Part shown: piece by piece, positions 11,320 to 24,272 of the stretch | How positions within the stretch are numbered: the first letter of the stretch is position 1 | Layout of the letters: every line of letters begins with the position of its first letter | Assembly: GCF_009914755.1 (NCBI RefSeq) | Contig: NC_060935.1 | DNA from: the human T2T-CHM13v2.0 reference genome, Homo sapiens | DNA length: 64,000 nucleotides | Strand: one strand, 5' to 3' | Notes under the pieces: generated by a model | What the model saw: the letters and a program-made list of their open reading frames with translations, nothing else | Database searches by the model: none | Told to the model about the DNA's origin: nothing | Made by a program: the position numbers and the translations under genes

Positions 11320-11545
11320 AGCACCAGCCTGAAGATCACATTCTCATCAAAGGGTGCAAAGAAGAAAAACTTGAGCCAGCCTGGTAAAGACCCTACCTTG
11401 TGCTGCTAACCACCGAGACTGCTGTTCGTACAGCAAAAATGGATGGACTCATCACACCTGAGTCAAGAAAGCGCCACCTCCTCCAGAGTTGCGGGCCATA
11501 GTCCCAGGGGAAAACCCTACCAAACTCAAGCTAAGAAAAATTTAA
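11320..11545 (+). pseudogene. pol: Integrase C-terminal fragment (HERV-I/IP-like)
   Basis: HQPEDHILIK..KLEPAW*RPYLVLLTTETAVRT..GWTHHT (GPY/F region). Confidence 0.75.
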
Positions 11546-11549
11546 CTCT

Positions 11550-12722
11550 TTCATCTATTCTATTACTCTTTCTTCTTTCCTCGTTCTATTGCTGACCATC
11601 TAGTTATTAACATAACCAAGTCAATTTCGCCTCAAACTATGGCATTTAATGCTTGCCTTGTTATACCCTGTAGGGACTTGCCAAGTCAAAGACAACTTTC
11701 TACTTCAGAAAAGCACTTCTGTCCCTCCTGACTCTACTCAGACTGGGCATTAGTAGACTAGGACCATTTAATCTGGAGAGATTTCAATAAAGGCCCCAGT
11801 GCCAACGAGGAGTCTTGCCTCCCAATGTAGAGCTTTCATGCCATAGTTGGTCCAACGTTCTGTGGACCACTAAAGAGCAAGGATGGACTGTCCCAACCAG
11901 TTTTTGTAATTTCCTAAAACCATACATTCATTTTACTAGAGAATCATGGAAGTTAAAGACTTAAGCTTTAGCAATTAAGACAGGATACCAAGATGCAAAT
12001 GCCTGGTTAAAATGGATCAAATATTCCATCTGCACGTTAAACAAAAGCAATTGTTATGCTTGTGCACATGGCAGGCCAGAGGCCCAGATTGTCCCTCTTC
12101 CACTAAGGTGGTCCTCCAGTCAACCAGGCATAGGCTGCATGGTAGCTCTTTTCCAAGATTCTACAGCCTGGAGTAATAAGTCATGGCAAGCTCTCTCTGC
12201 TATATCCCAAAGTCCGGCACCCTGCAGATCAGCCCCTGAGGGCCATCCAGCTTCCGTCTCCCAACACTAAGTTCATTTCGTGTCTCTCACAACAGGGAGG
12301 AAACTTAGCATTCCTTGGAGACCTGAAGGGATGTGATGAGCTTAAGAATATTCAAGAGCTTATCGATCAGTCAGCCCTTGTTCATCCTGGAGTGGATGTG
12401 TGGTGGTATTGTGGTGGACCTTTACTGGGCACTCTGCCAAATAACAGGAGCGTCACTTATGCTTTAGTCCATTTGGCTATCCCTTTCACCCTGGCATTTC
12501 ATCGACCAGAGGGAGAAAAAATAAGACATCGTAAAGCGAGAGAAGCCCCTTATGGGTCTTTCGACTCTCACATCTATTTAGATGCAACTGGAGCCCCGCA
12601 AGGAATACCAGATCGATTTAAAGCTTGAAGTCAAATAGCTACAGGATTTAAGGCAATATTTTAGTAGGTGACAGTTAATAAAAATGTAGATTAGATAAAC
12701 TACATCTATTACAACCAACAGC
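11550..12722 (+). pseudogene. env: env remnant 1 (HERV-I/IP-like; SU to start of TM)
   Basis: HLVINITKSISPQT..ACLVIPC; NAWLKWIKYS..NCYAC (CXXC); DVWWYCGG; furin-like RHRKAR; INYIYYNQQ. Confidence 0.75.
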
Positions 12723-12734
12723 AATGAGCTTTTC

Positions 12735-13290
12735 ATGAGTTAAATGAAAAACTTAGGTCAGCCCCAGCCCTGGGTCTACCTGACCTGACAAAACTTTTTA
12801 CACTGTATGTGTCAGAAAGACAAAAAATGGCAGTTGGAATTTTAACCCAGACTGTGGGGCCCTGGCCAAGGCCAGTGGCCTATCTCTCAAAACAACTAGA
12901 TGGGGTTTCCAAAGGCTGGCCCCCATGTCTAAGGGCCCTGGCAGCAATGGCCCTGTTAGCACAAGAAGCAGATAAGCTAACTATTGGGCAAATCCTAAAC
13001 ATAAAGTGCCCCCATGCTGTGGTGACTTTAATAAATACCAAAGGATATCAATAGCTAATGAATGCTAGACTAACTAGATACCAAAGCTTGCTCTGTGAAA
13101 ATCCCCACATAACCATTAAAGTTTGCAACACCCTAAACCCCGCCACCTTGCTCCCGGTATCAGAGAGCCCAGTTGAACATAACTGTGTAGAAGTGTTGGA
13201 CTCAGTTTATTCTAGTGGGCCCAACCTCCGAGACCATCCTTAAACCTCAGTAGACTGGGAGCTGTACATGGATAGGAGCAGCTTCATCAA
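12735..13290 (+). pseudogene. pol: HERV-E-type pol connection/RNase H-start fragment
   Basis: [43 protein letters not shown]; RYQSLLCENP..TLNPATLLP. Confidence 0.85.
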
Positions 13291-13373
13291 CCCCTGCAAA
13301 GTGACTCTGAAGAAGATGACAAGCCCTGCTCCAGTCACACCCGGAAGCTGACTGGTCCACGCATGGCCGAAGC

Positions 13374-15450
13374 ATGAGGAAACTCATCACGGAACTCATT
13401 TTCCTTAACATTTGGAATTTTACAGTAAGGACTTCAACTGTCCTTCCTCAGATTGAGGACTGTTCCCAGTGTATACATCAAGTCACTGAGGTAGGACAAA
13501 AGGTTGCTACAGTCCTATTATTTTATGGTTATTATAAGTGTACTAGAAAAGTACTAAAGCTCTAAAAAGAGCTTGTTTGTATAATGTTATTCTATACAAG
13601 GTATATAGCCCAGGAAATGACCAACCTGATGTGTGTTATGACCCATCTGAGCCTCCCATGACCACAGTTTTAAAAATAAGATTAAGGTCTGAGGACTGGT
13701 AGGGGCTCATAAACGATACGAGTAAAGTGTTAGCCGAAACAAACAAACAAAAAAAAGGTGCCCAAACAAGTCACCTTGAAGTTTGAGGCCTGTGCTGTCA
13801 TTAATAGTAATAAGTTAGGAATAGGATGTGGTTCTCTTAATCAGGAAAGAGGCCATATGGCAGAAAATAAGTACATTTGTCATGAATTAGAACTGTGTTA
13901 AAAATGAATGTGGATACTGGTCTTGTGTCATTTAGGCTACTTGGATAAAAAATAAAAAGGATCCTGTCCACCTTCAGAAAAGGAAAAGTGGCCCTTCCTG
14001 TACCAGTGGCCAGTGTAACCCCTTAGAACTAGTAATAACCAACCCCCTTGATCCTCGCTGGAAAAAAGGGGAGCATGTAACCCTAGGAATCGATAGGGCC
14101 AGACTGGATCCTGGAGTAAATATCGTGGTTTGAGGAGAAGTTTATAGACGCTCTCCTGAGCCAGTATTTCAAACCTTCTATGATAAACTGAATGTGCCAG
14201 TACCAGAAATTCCAGGAAAAACAAGAAATTTGTATTTGCAATTAGCCAAGCATGTAGCCCAGTCTCTCAATGTCACTTCATGTTATGTATATAGAGGAAC
14301 TGTAATAGGAGATCAATGGCCATGGGAAACCCTAGAATTAGTACCTACAGACCCAGTTCTTGATGAATTCTCGGCTCAAAAGAATCACCCTGATAACTTC
14401 TAGGTCCTAAAAGCCTCAACCATTAGACAATACTGTATAGCAAGAGTGGGGAAGGACTTCACCCTTCCTGTGGGAAGACTCAGCTGCCTTAGGCAGAAAC
14501 TGTATAATAGTACTACAAAAACAGCCACCTAGTGGAGTTCAAACCACACTAAGGAAAAATCCATTTAGTAAATTCCCAAAGTTGCAAACTGTGTGGACCC
14601 ACCTGGAGTCCCACCAGGACTGGACAGCCTCCACTGGATTATGCTGGATATGTATGCATAGAGCTTACACCAAATTACCTGACTAGTGGGCAGGTAGTTG
14701 TGTTATTGGCACTATTAAACCATCTTTCTTCCTACTGTCCATAAAAACAGGCGAACTCCTCGGCTTCCCTGTCTATGCTTCCCGCGAAAAGTGAAACACA
14801 GCCATAGGTAATAGAAAAGATAATAAATAGCCCCCTGAGAGAATCATACAATATTATAGGCCTGCTACTTAGGCACAAGATGGCTTGTGAGGATACCCAA
14901 CCCCCATTTACATGCTCAACCGAATCATATGGTTACAAGCTGTCTTAGAAATAATCACTAATAAGACCGGCAGAGCCTTGACTATTCTGGCCTGGCAAGA
15001 AACCCAAATGATAAATGCTGTCTATCAAAATAGACTGGCTCTCAACTACTTGCTAGCAGCTGAAGGAAAGTTCTGTAGAAAATTTAACCTTACCAATTGC
15101 TGCCTGCATATAGATGATCAGGGGCAGGTCAAAGATATAAAGACATGACGAAACTGGCACATGTGCCTGTAGGCTTGTGGCACAGATTTGACCCTGAGGC
15201 CATGTTTGAAAACGGTTCCTGGTGCTAGGAGGATTTAAAACTCTTATAATAGAAATTTTAGTAGTAGTAGGAACTGCTTACTGATCCCTTGTTTACTACC
15301 TGTACTCATTCAAATGGTAAAAGGTTCCATCGCTACTCTAGTTCACCAGAATGTACTACATTCAGCACAAGTGTACTACATGAATCACTATCGATCTGTC
15401 ATGCAGGAAGACATAGGTAGTGAGGATGAAGGTGAGAACCCCCACTAATA
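13374..15450 (+). pseudogene. env: env remnant 2 (HERV-E/ERV3-like; many stops and frameshifts)
   Basis: Signal-peptide-like MRKLITELIFLNIW; NVTSCYV; [15 protein letters not shown]; immunosuppressive domain [14 protein letters not shown]; [10 protein letters not shown]. Confidence 0.88.
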
Positions 15451-15471
15451 AAATGAGTGAGAGGAAGGGAA

Positions 15472-15933
15472 TAAGGGAGGAGACCACCCCTCATATTGTC
15501 TTATGCCCAATTTCTGCCTCCAAAGAAAGAAGAAGTAAAAACTAAAATGCAGAAATGAAATCCACAGGCAGACAGCCTAGCCTCGCACCCTGGGCCTGGT
15601 AGTTAAAGGTCAACCCCTGACCTAACCGGTTATGTTATCTATAGATTCCAGACATTGCATGGAAAAGCACTGTGAAAATCCCTGTCCTGTTCTGTTCTGT
15701 TCTGATTACTGGTGCATGCAGCCTCCAGTCACGTACCCCCTTCTTGCTCAATCGATCATGACCCTCTCACGCGGACCCCCTTAGAGTTGTGAGCCCTTAA
15801 AAGGGACAGGAATTGTTCACTTGGGGAGCTCGGCTCTTGAGACAGGAGTCTTGCTGATGCTCCTGGCCAAATAAACCCCTTCCTTCTTTAACTTGGTGTC
15901 TGAGGGGTTTTGTCTGCTGCCCTTCCTGCTACA
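15472..15933 (+). mobile_element. LTR2 3' LTR
   Basis: Colinear with 7976-8437. Preceded by PPT GAGAGGAAGGGAA. AATAAA at 15870. Confidence 0.95.
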
Positions 15934-16109
15934 ATAACAGGCTTAATTCACTAAGATTTGATAACAATTCTAAACTTGTATCCACTAAATAACCTCAACA
16001 GTTATTGATGAGGAGGTCTAATAAGTATTCCTATAAATATATACACATACACACACATACATATATATATATACACATATACACACATGCATAGACACAC
16101 ATATATGTA

Positions 16110-16720
16110 ATTCATGGGGATATAAATTGGTACAATCTGCTTTAGATTTATGTTTAAAGTTTAATAGTCTCAAGTAATAGAATTTATTATTTTTCTCCTA
16201 ATTATATACCCTAAAGAAAATCTTGCACATATGCAAGAATATTCATAGTGTTACTATTTGTAATAATAAAATGGTTAGAAACACCTTAAATGTCCACCAA
16301 CAGGAAAATAGATAAATTGTTGTATATTCATGAAATAGAATGTTATATAGCAGCAAAAAAGAATGAATTCCAGCTGTACACACAATTTGGCTCCATCTTA
16401 GAAAATATTAGGGAAAAATTCAAGTCATTAAAGATTACATAGAGTACAACTCTACTTTTATATATCTCAGAAATAAGCAAAAGTAAACAAATATTGTTTA
16501 TTGACAAATACATATTTGAAAAATTTAAAAATTTAAAAATCAAGGAAAAATATATCCTAAAATTATTATAGCAGTTATCTGTGGTAGCAGGAGGACTGGA
16601 GATGAGAGGAACCTAGGGAGACACTAATGTACTTATTATACTATTATTCTTAATCTGTTTGCTGGATCATTTTAATTAATTAACATACATGTTACATATA
16701 GTCTCTCATATGAGTCAGAT
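16110..16720 (+). mobile_element. Old L1M(E)-type 3' fragment
   Basis: AAATTGGTACAA..., CCTTAAATGTCCACCAACAGGAAAATAGATAAATTG..TATATTCAT motifs. Confidence 0.65.
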
Positions 16721-16744
16721 ATTTATTATGAACTTTTTTTTATA

Positions 16745-16805
16745 ACTCTTTTTTTTATTATTATACTTTAAGTTTTAGGGTACATGTGCACATTGTGCAG
16801 GTTAG
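16745..16805 (-). mobile_element. Ultra-short young L1PA 3' end (~60 bp)
   Basis: TTATTATACTTTAAGTTTTAGGGTACATGTGCACATTGTGCAGGTTAG. TSD-like tatgaac at 16727 and 16806. Confidence 0.88.
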
Positions 16806-18969
16806 TATGAACATTTTTAATTTAAAAATATGAAAAAATATAAGGCATATCCCATGTCTAATGTATAGCAAACAACAAAAAAAATCCTAGCTTTTCTTAT
16901 TGTTATAAAGAAAGAAAAGAAATTGAGAGAATCAAATTGAACAATTGCCTACATTTGGAGGAAAATTAGCCTCCAGTCACTAAAGTGGTCCTGGGCAGCG
17001 TGAGGGCACCTGGGGCTTATTGGGCAATGGGAGCAATGATAACTAGGAGAGTGGGGAGGAGTTAGTTAAAGGGTACTGGAAGGGAAAAACTGGTGTGGTG
17101 GGGGCTGCTAAATGCAAATATTTAGCAGTTTCTCATTATATGTGGCTTATAACACCTCCATGGGATGTCCAAACACCTTTGGGAAAAGCCACATTTAGTG
17201 TTGCCACATTTAGTGTTGGCTCTGCACCCACTTCCCAATTCACAATTTAACATCTTAGGAACAATGCACGTTAACATTTGTGAGAAAACCCACTAGTTAG
17301 CAAACAAAAACCAAAAACTCATTCAGCTTTATTTAACTGAGTAGCGCCCAGTTTGACCATGAGGCTCTTTTCTCTCTGTGTAACAGTATCTTATGGAACC
17401 GACTTTTCTTTAGAGTTCAAATTGAGAAAGTCAGGCCTACTTTGTTTTATCTATAGCCAGTAGAATTGTAGGGCCATATTTGAACCAGAGATCCTAGCCG
17501 AGGTAAAATGACTTGGGTTCATATGGGAAAGACTGTGAAGAATTTAAAATTTGAAAGTTACTCAGGCTTTGACATAGTTGCCGTATGTTGGCTTACCAGT
17601 TAAAATTCCTCTTTATATTTATCTTTGTGGTAATATAGATTTTCTCTGTGTTTCAGAAGAAATTGTGTCTGTGCATGGTTGGTATATATGCATACACATG
17701 TGACTCTACTTGCAGCAGTATTTTTTCTTCTACATGAATTACCAGCAATCTGTAGCCAGCTATATCCTATCTCAGTCTGAATTTGGGAGTTTAATTATTA
17801 AGGAGTTTGATGACCTGGAACAAGCAGTTCAGCTGGTCAAAGATTTGGAGGAATGAAGCTAAACAGAAACCGAAAACAGACTCTTACTTCCTGTGATGTG
17901 TGGTAAATGGAACATTTTAAGGTACTAATTTAAACCCCTTGTGTTTTGGGTACATAATATTCCACCAAAAGTCTTCTAAACCTACTTTACAATCTTCAAT
18001 TTTTCTGTGTTATTTATTTGTATGAAGTAAGGTTGGAGGAGCAATGGCTTCAAGCCAAATAGGCTTGTGATTTTTCTAAATCAGAAATTGCCTCAAATAT
18101 TTCTATCTTTCAATGTCCTGGGTCATGGTGTTCTACTGAGTTCAGGCACAGTACAGGCAACTTCCAAATTATTTTATTTCCCCTTTTTTTCAGACTTAGA
18201 TTCTAGCAGAAACGTTTTCAATCTTTAGTCAATCACACACAGTCTATATTTAAGCTTAGTGCTAAAACATTACTTATCTTACCTTAAGAAACCTGGGAAT
18301 TCAGGTAGAATATATGATCTACAATAATAAAGGAGTAGAAGGATATGAATGAATGAGCCTGATTAATATTCTGTGGTAATTTTTTTTAATTTTTTCACAA
18401 ATTGCTTTGAGAACCTTACAGATGGGCTGGTATGAAAATTTCTTTCCCTGACTATATTCTGTAACAGTATATTGATTAGCTGATATAATTATTGTGAATA
18501 CCAGAAATGTTACTGCAATGGATAGGTAAGGAGCATTTAGTTCAGAGAGAATATAAAACAATAATTGGGGAAACTTTTGAATTTTGTGAAAATGGAAAAA
18601 AGGTATTGAGAAAGACTGTACCAACACTAGTGAGACCTTCCTGGACAATTAAAAGGCAAATTATGTATAATCAGACTGTCCTGATGTTAATTTCAAGTTC
18701 CCTTTCATCACCACAGGGCTAACTATGCTTAACTAAAGTGGTTGTAGTTGGTTAAACAAAGAAGATAGAGCTAGTCGGGCTTATATTTGTATTTTACTCT
18801 TGTTACTCAGGTTCTGCCAGTCCTTTTCTGTGCATCCTGGGCTGGTCTCTGCCACAGGCTCTGGGCGTCTTTCCCATTGTAGTCACAGAGCCCTACACTA
18901 AATGGGGAGTTCAGTAAATGCACATTGACTAATTGTTGAGTGCATGTGCTGGGATGGTCATATTTTGTT

Positions 18970-19294
18970 CTGTTTGTTGTTGTTGTTGTTGTTGTCTTGT
19001 TTTGTTTTTCTCAAGACAGAGTCTCACTCTGCCACCAAGGCTGCAGTGCAGTGACACAATCTTGGCTCACTACAACCTCCGCCTCCGGGGTTCAAGGGAT
19101 TCTTGTGCCTCAGCCTCCTGAGTAGCTGGGATTACAGGTGCCAGCTACCATGCCCGGCTAATTTTTGTGGTTTTAATAGAGATGGGGTTTTACCGTGTTG
19201 GCCTGGCTGGTCTTGAACTTGTTACCTCAGGTGATCCGCCCCCCTTGGCCTCCCAAAGTGCTGGGATTACAGGTGTAAGCCATCCTGCCCAGCC
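18970..19294 (-). mobile_element. AluS with (TTG)n-converted tail
   Basis: Full antisense Alu dimer. Confidence 0.93.
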
Positions 19295-19699
19295 ATGTTT
19301 TGTTTTAAAACATATTTAGAAAGCAACGCTAGGCTCTGTATTTCCTGAAAGTTCATTTTAGAAACACTATTCATTTTATTATTAGGAACAATTTGCTTTC
19401 TTCACTCCATGCTGCATAAGGATCTAGCATTAGTTACTCAGAAATGGCCTTGTGTTTTTTTCCTCATAGCACCTCTGACATTAGTGCTCTCTGTATTCCC
19501 CTTGATCAACACTCTTTATTCTGCATTCTACCTGGGAAATTACTGTATTTGGTGGGAGAAGTAACTTCATTATTGAAGTATGAGGTGAAAATAGATTGCC
19601 TCTAGTTCGGGAAAAGTCTGGATACCATGACACTTCCTGGATAACATCATTAACTATCTCCCATTGGCTATTTCTCAGCCATTTTTGCATCCAGGGCTA

Positions 19700-19890
19700 C
19701 CCTTTCACATTCATTGTTTAATTTAGTCCTCATACCATATAAAATGAGGTCAAATTAGTACTGTTTTCACTTCAAGAGACCTAAAACAGAGAGATATTAT
19801 ATGAGTTGTTTAAGCTCCCACAACTGATAAATGTCAGGCCCTAGATTCTAATCCTACAGCTTGCTCAGCTCCAAAGCTCTAGCTTTTGCA
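19700..19890 (-). mobile_element. MIR (degraded)
   Basis: ATTTAGTCCTCAT..., AGAGATATTATATGAGTTGTTTAAGCTCCCACAACTGATAAATG resembles the MIR core. Confidence 0.5.
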
Positions 19891-20058
19891 TTGAACTTGC
19901 AGTTATACTGACTATTGTACATTGACTACGTAATTGTATACATACAATGCCTATGTGTTCATTTCTATGGCACTGTATTTCCTTTTTAGCAAAATATATT
20001 TTATTAATTTAGAAGTCATTGATCTAGGGATTTAAGCTCTTAAATTTTAAAGCAGCTT

Positions 20059-20090
<32 letters not shown>

Positions 20091-20964
20091 AGAGGTTGGC
20101 TTTATTTTGTTAAATTATAGCAATGAGGCAATGCCAAATATAGTTTTTAAATGACTATATATTTCAGCTGGGTTTGAAGGATGAGTGAAATGTTGCCAGG
20201 AGAAGGGAGAAGGGATGAACTGGCAAGATGGAGTAACAAGTATAAAGGCATTGGTGCATGGAGGCACTTGATGCAATCAGAGATATGAAAAGTATCTAAA
20301 TACATGAAGATTTTCAAAGGTTTCTTAAATTTTCTGTTATAGATTCTGAGTGATAATTTGATAAACCATTTAAAATGAGTATACAGGAAAACTGTATTGT
20401 GAGAAATTGACTTGAAGCCTTGAAGAATAGTTGATCTTAATGTTTAAAAAGATTCCCATACTACCATCATTTTGAAACTCAAAATCCTTGTGATGATTCA
20501 AGTTCTGGGGTTCTGTCACAGCTGTTTTAGCTGAATTGTGTTAAACAAAAGATTACATACACTTATTTCTTGGAATTAATATTTAGTTGTATATTGTAAG
20601 CAAGGATGTATAAGGACATCTTGTTCAAATCCTATCTTCCAGCAGTTGTTTTAAAATATCCTAAAATGATGACCAACTACTTATTTGAAAAAGATCTCCA
20701 CAAATCGCTTTTGTATACTGCTATAGGTTAACTGCTTATATGATCAATACATTCTTTATTTCTAATTAAATTCAGAATCCTCCTAAAAAGGCCCCACTAG
20801 TGTCCACAGTGATTTATTGTATATTAGAATCTATTCATCTTTCTCTTACAAGACACAAAATTGGCATGAAGAAAGGCGCCTGAACTCTATTTCAGCTCCT
20901 TTCCCTTTAGCTGGACATATTTGTGCAGGGAAAAACTGACACAAGTGATCTTACCTGTTGATCT

Positions 20965-21108
20965 TGTTAAAATACAGATTACTAGGCTGCATTTAAGATC
21001 TATTGATTCATACTCTCTGAGGATAAGATTTTTTAATTCACTTGTCCAGTGCTTCTTTTGGAATCACATGACCCTTGTCTAAAGACTGAGTTTTGGGAAC
21101 CACTGCTT
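20965..21108. mobile_element. MER5-type hAT-Charlie fragment
   Basis: CTTGTTAAAATACAGATT...GGGAACCACTG. Confidence 0.55.
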
Positions 21109-21139
21109 TTCATAGAAACAAAATAGAGAAGGTCAGTGC

Positions 21140-22800
21140 CTTCATTCATTCATTCATTTATTCATCCAAGAAATAGCCATGGAGAGCCCCTTGTGTGTCA
21201 GAAGTTATGGAAATAAACAAGACACAATCCTTGATCTTAAGGAACATCAGACTATATGTATTATATCATTATATTTAAAAATAAACTACTTAACCAGATG
21301 TGTTACCATGGAAGGATGGAGGAAATTCTGTAGAAAACCTAAATTTATGGGAATCTAAAAAAAATTTCACCACGTAAAAGATATCTGAGCTGGGACTTAG
21401 AGGATGAATAAAAGTTTGCCAGGCAAAGAAGAGGGTGAGCAATCTAGGGAACGAAGAAAGCAATGAGTGGACGAAATTTCTGATGGACTTAGAGAATGGC
21501 AAGACAGTTAGGGTGGCTAGAGTATAGGACATATGGATAGGGAAGTGGTAGCAGAGATTGAATTTGGAAAGATAATTAAAAATCAGAAGTTCCAAGATAT
21601 GAATTTTATTTTTTATTCTTTATTCAGGAGTCAACCAAACTTCTTAATGGATATTTTAATGTGAACATTTTGCTTTTAAGAATAACTCTTCTAGCAGTAT
21701 GGAAGGAGTTTCTTAAGTATGGGATTTCGTAAGAGTTAGAAACCGTTGAAAAGAAAGCTGGCTAGTCCTTCTTCTTCCTCTCTCACTCTCTCTCTTGCTT
21801 TTGTTTTCTTTTCTGTCCCTGTTCTTCCTTTCATCTACCTTTCATTCATTCTCTCCCTCCCTCCTTTCCTTCTCTGTCCTTTCTCTTTCCTTCCCCTGTC
21901 TTTCTCCCTCCCTTTTCCGCCCCCCCGTCTTCTTCTTTCCAGCAAATACGTATTAAGTAGCCACCACGTGCTAGACTCATTACTAGGCTTTAAGGATACA
22001 AAAATAAATAAATGATGGCCCTGCACTAAGGAGCCCATTGTTCAGAAAGGGAGACAGACAAGTCAATCTGCCACTATGGTGTGGTGAAAGTTATGAAGAA
22101 GATGGGAAAAATGTCACCATGTAGGAGATGATGAAAGTCTGCAGTGAGATAATGGTAATGGGTGAGGAGAGTAAGGTCAGCGCTAGCGGGCAGTTCTGTA
22201 AGTTTTGATAATAATACACGTAATACAATTATATAGCACTTAGCACACAACTGTCTAAGATGTGTGTGTGTGTGTGTGCATGCATATGTATTTAATCCTC
22301 ACAAGCACCCTGTGGAGTCGTATGTCCAATACCCATTTTACAGATAAGAAAATTGAAGTAGAGCAAGCTTAAATGATTTTGCTGGGCTCTCATGACTAGT
22401 AATCTAGCCATGAAATTAATCTTGTCTCTACCAAGTTTACAGTCATTCAGCATTGACTCTAGAATCAGTGCTCTAAAATGAATGGTGACAATGAGGGATA
22501 GGGAGGAGTACATGAACACTGTTCAACTTTTAACTTGAGAAATTGGTTAGATGATAATTCTATTCACTGAGAGAGAGACCACATGGGGGTGGTAGTGTGG
22601 TAGAAAGATAAACTTTATTTGGTAAATATTAATTTTGAGGTGTATACACTTATGGACATATTCAATACTCTTCTTTAAATATGGGTCTGGAGCTCAGGGA
22701 AAATATGTAAGCTGAGTAAGACGAGGAGAACAAGATTGGATGGAATTCTAATTCTGGGCAATGTCTTCATTTAACAAGAAGGCAGGAAAAATCCTATGCA
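21140..22800 (-). mobile_element. L2 fragments (with a pyrimidine tract and a MIR at about 22290-22475)
   Basis: (TTCA)n L2 tail; CAAATACGTATTAAGTAGCCACCACGTGCTAG; MIR core CCCATTTTACAGATAAGAAAATTGAAG. Confidence 0.6.
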
Positions 22801-24103
22801 GTAAACAATACCAGTTACTCTAAGTTACTCATATGAGTTCACTTTCTTGTCATTTGAGTATTTCTGAGTTATATCACTACTATTATTTATAATAATTTAT
22901 TCTAGAGCTACAGTGATTTTTAGTGCTTTTACACAAATAAACATATAGTCTCATTTGATCTTCATGATAGTCTTTGAAGGGAGACAAAACAGATAGGAGG
23001 AATGGAGATTCAGATAAGTTCTGTGATTTGCCCAGAATCACACGTGTTCGAATCTGTAGTCAAACCTTCTTATTTGACTTCAGTTTTAGTACTCTTTCAT
23101 CGACATATGAACCTTTTCCTATGTATACATTCTATTTATTGTTTACCACAGTATGTAATTCATCGTGGGTAGTAGGCATCTTCTCATTTTCCAAGGAATA
23201 TGAATTTAGCTGAAACAATTTTTTTTACACTTTACAGTTTCTAAATTATCATATTTAAAGCCACCACTAAATTATATTTCAGCATTTAATGGGACTATGA
23301 TTGTGCTGCCTTGTCCATCCTTCTTATTTAAAGTTTAGGAAATGAGGAAGAATAGAGGAACATTATCTTAGAGTTTGGAATCAGTATAAAAATATGTCTA
23401 TCTAGCTATTGATTGGAAAATGAATTTTTTTCTTCTGAGGTTTTACACTTAAACACTAAAGTTCTTAAAATGATCCATAATGCCTCATTTCATCTGGTTC
23501 TCCATTATTGCTGACGTTCATTTCTTATTGAGCCAGAGTTTTTGCCATTCCTTCACCCCTCCATGTACATTTTTACCTTGGAGTCTTAGAACTCTGCTTT
23601 ACTATGAACTCCATTCCCGAGATCTCCTCCAGGCCCTTACTTCCTTTTTCGTTCATGTCTCCCAACTCCCCAGCTTTTTATCACTCCCTATTTCTCTTTC
23701 TTGTTTTTTTTTTCTTTCTATAGCAATTACTATAATTAGAAAATTTACCATAATTTAAAAATTACTATAATTAAAATTGTTTTACTATAAAGCAATTACT
23801 ATAAATTAAATTTTTAATTTAATTTGTACTTATACTTTAATCTTTATTAGATATTTATCTCCCCACACTAAAATAGGAGCTGGGTTTGTGTCTGTTTTGT
23901 TCACTGCTGACGCTACATTCTCAATATCAAGAACAGTACTAGGCAAACAGTAGGCACTCATTAAGTAGCTGCAGAATGAATGAATAATATCTAGAGTTTT
24001 CCATAGTTACATACCTTGTGGGTGAAAGAACATGAAGCAAATAGAGAAGAGTGTAATATACAAGTGAATATTTTTTAGTAGACAATTTTTAGAAGATAAA
24101 TTC

Positions 24104-24272
24104 ATATATATATACATATATATGTATATATATAATATATTATATACATATATATGTATATATATAATATATTATATACATATATATGTATATATATAAT
24201 ATATTATATACATATATATGTATATATATAATATATTATATACATATATATGTATATATATATATATATATA
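24104..24272. repeat. AT-rich 32-bp minisatellite, about 5 copies
   Basis: The unit's only C recurs at 24115, 24147, 24179, 24211 and 24243. Confidence 0.95.

Larger units (their letters stand above)
7976..15933 (+). mobile_element. Complete Harlequin/HERV-E-type provirus (LTR2-int-LTR2), non-autonomous mosaic
   Basis: Two 462-bp LTRs, 4-bp TSD ATAA (7972-7975 and 15934-15937), tRNA-Glu PBS, PPT before the 3' LTR, fragmentary gag/IN/pol/env. Confidence 0.93.

Noticed and set aside
17188-17218. 15-bp tandem duplication gccacatttagtgtt x2 (similar small duplications near 29047 and 39422)
   Set aside because: Ordinary slippage microduplications
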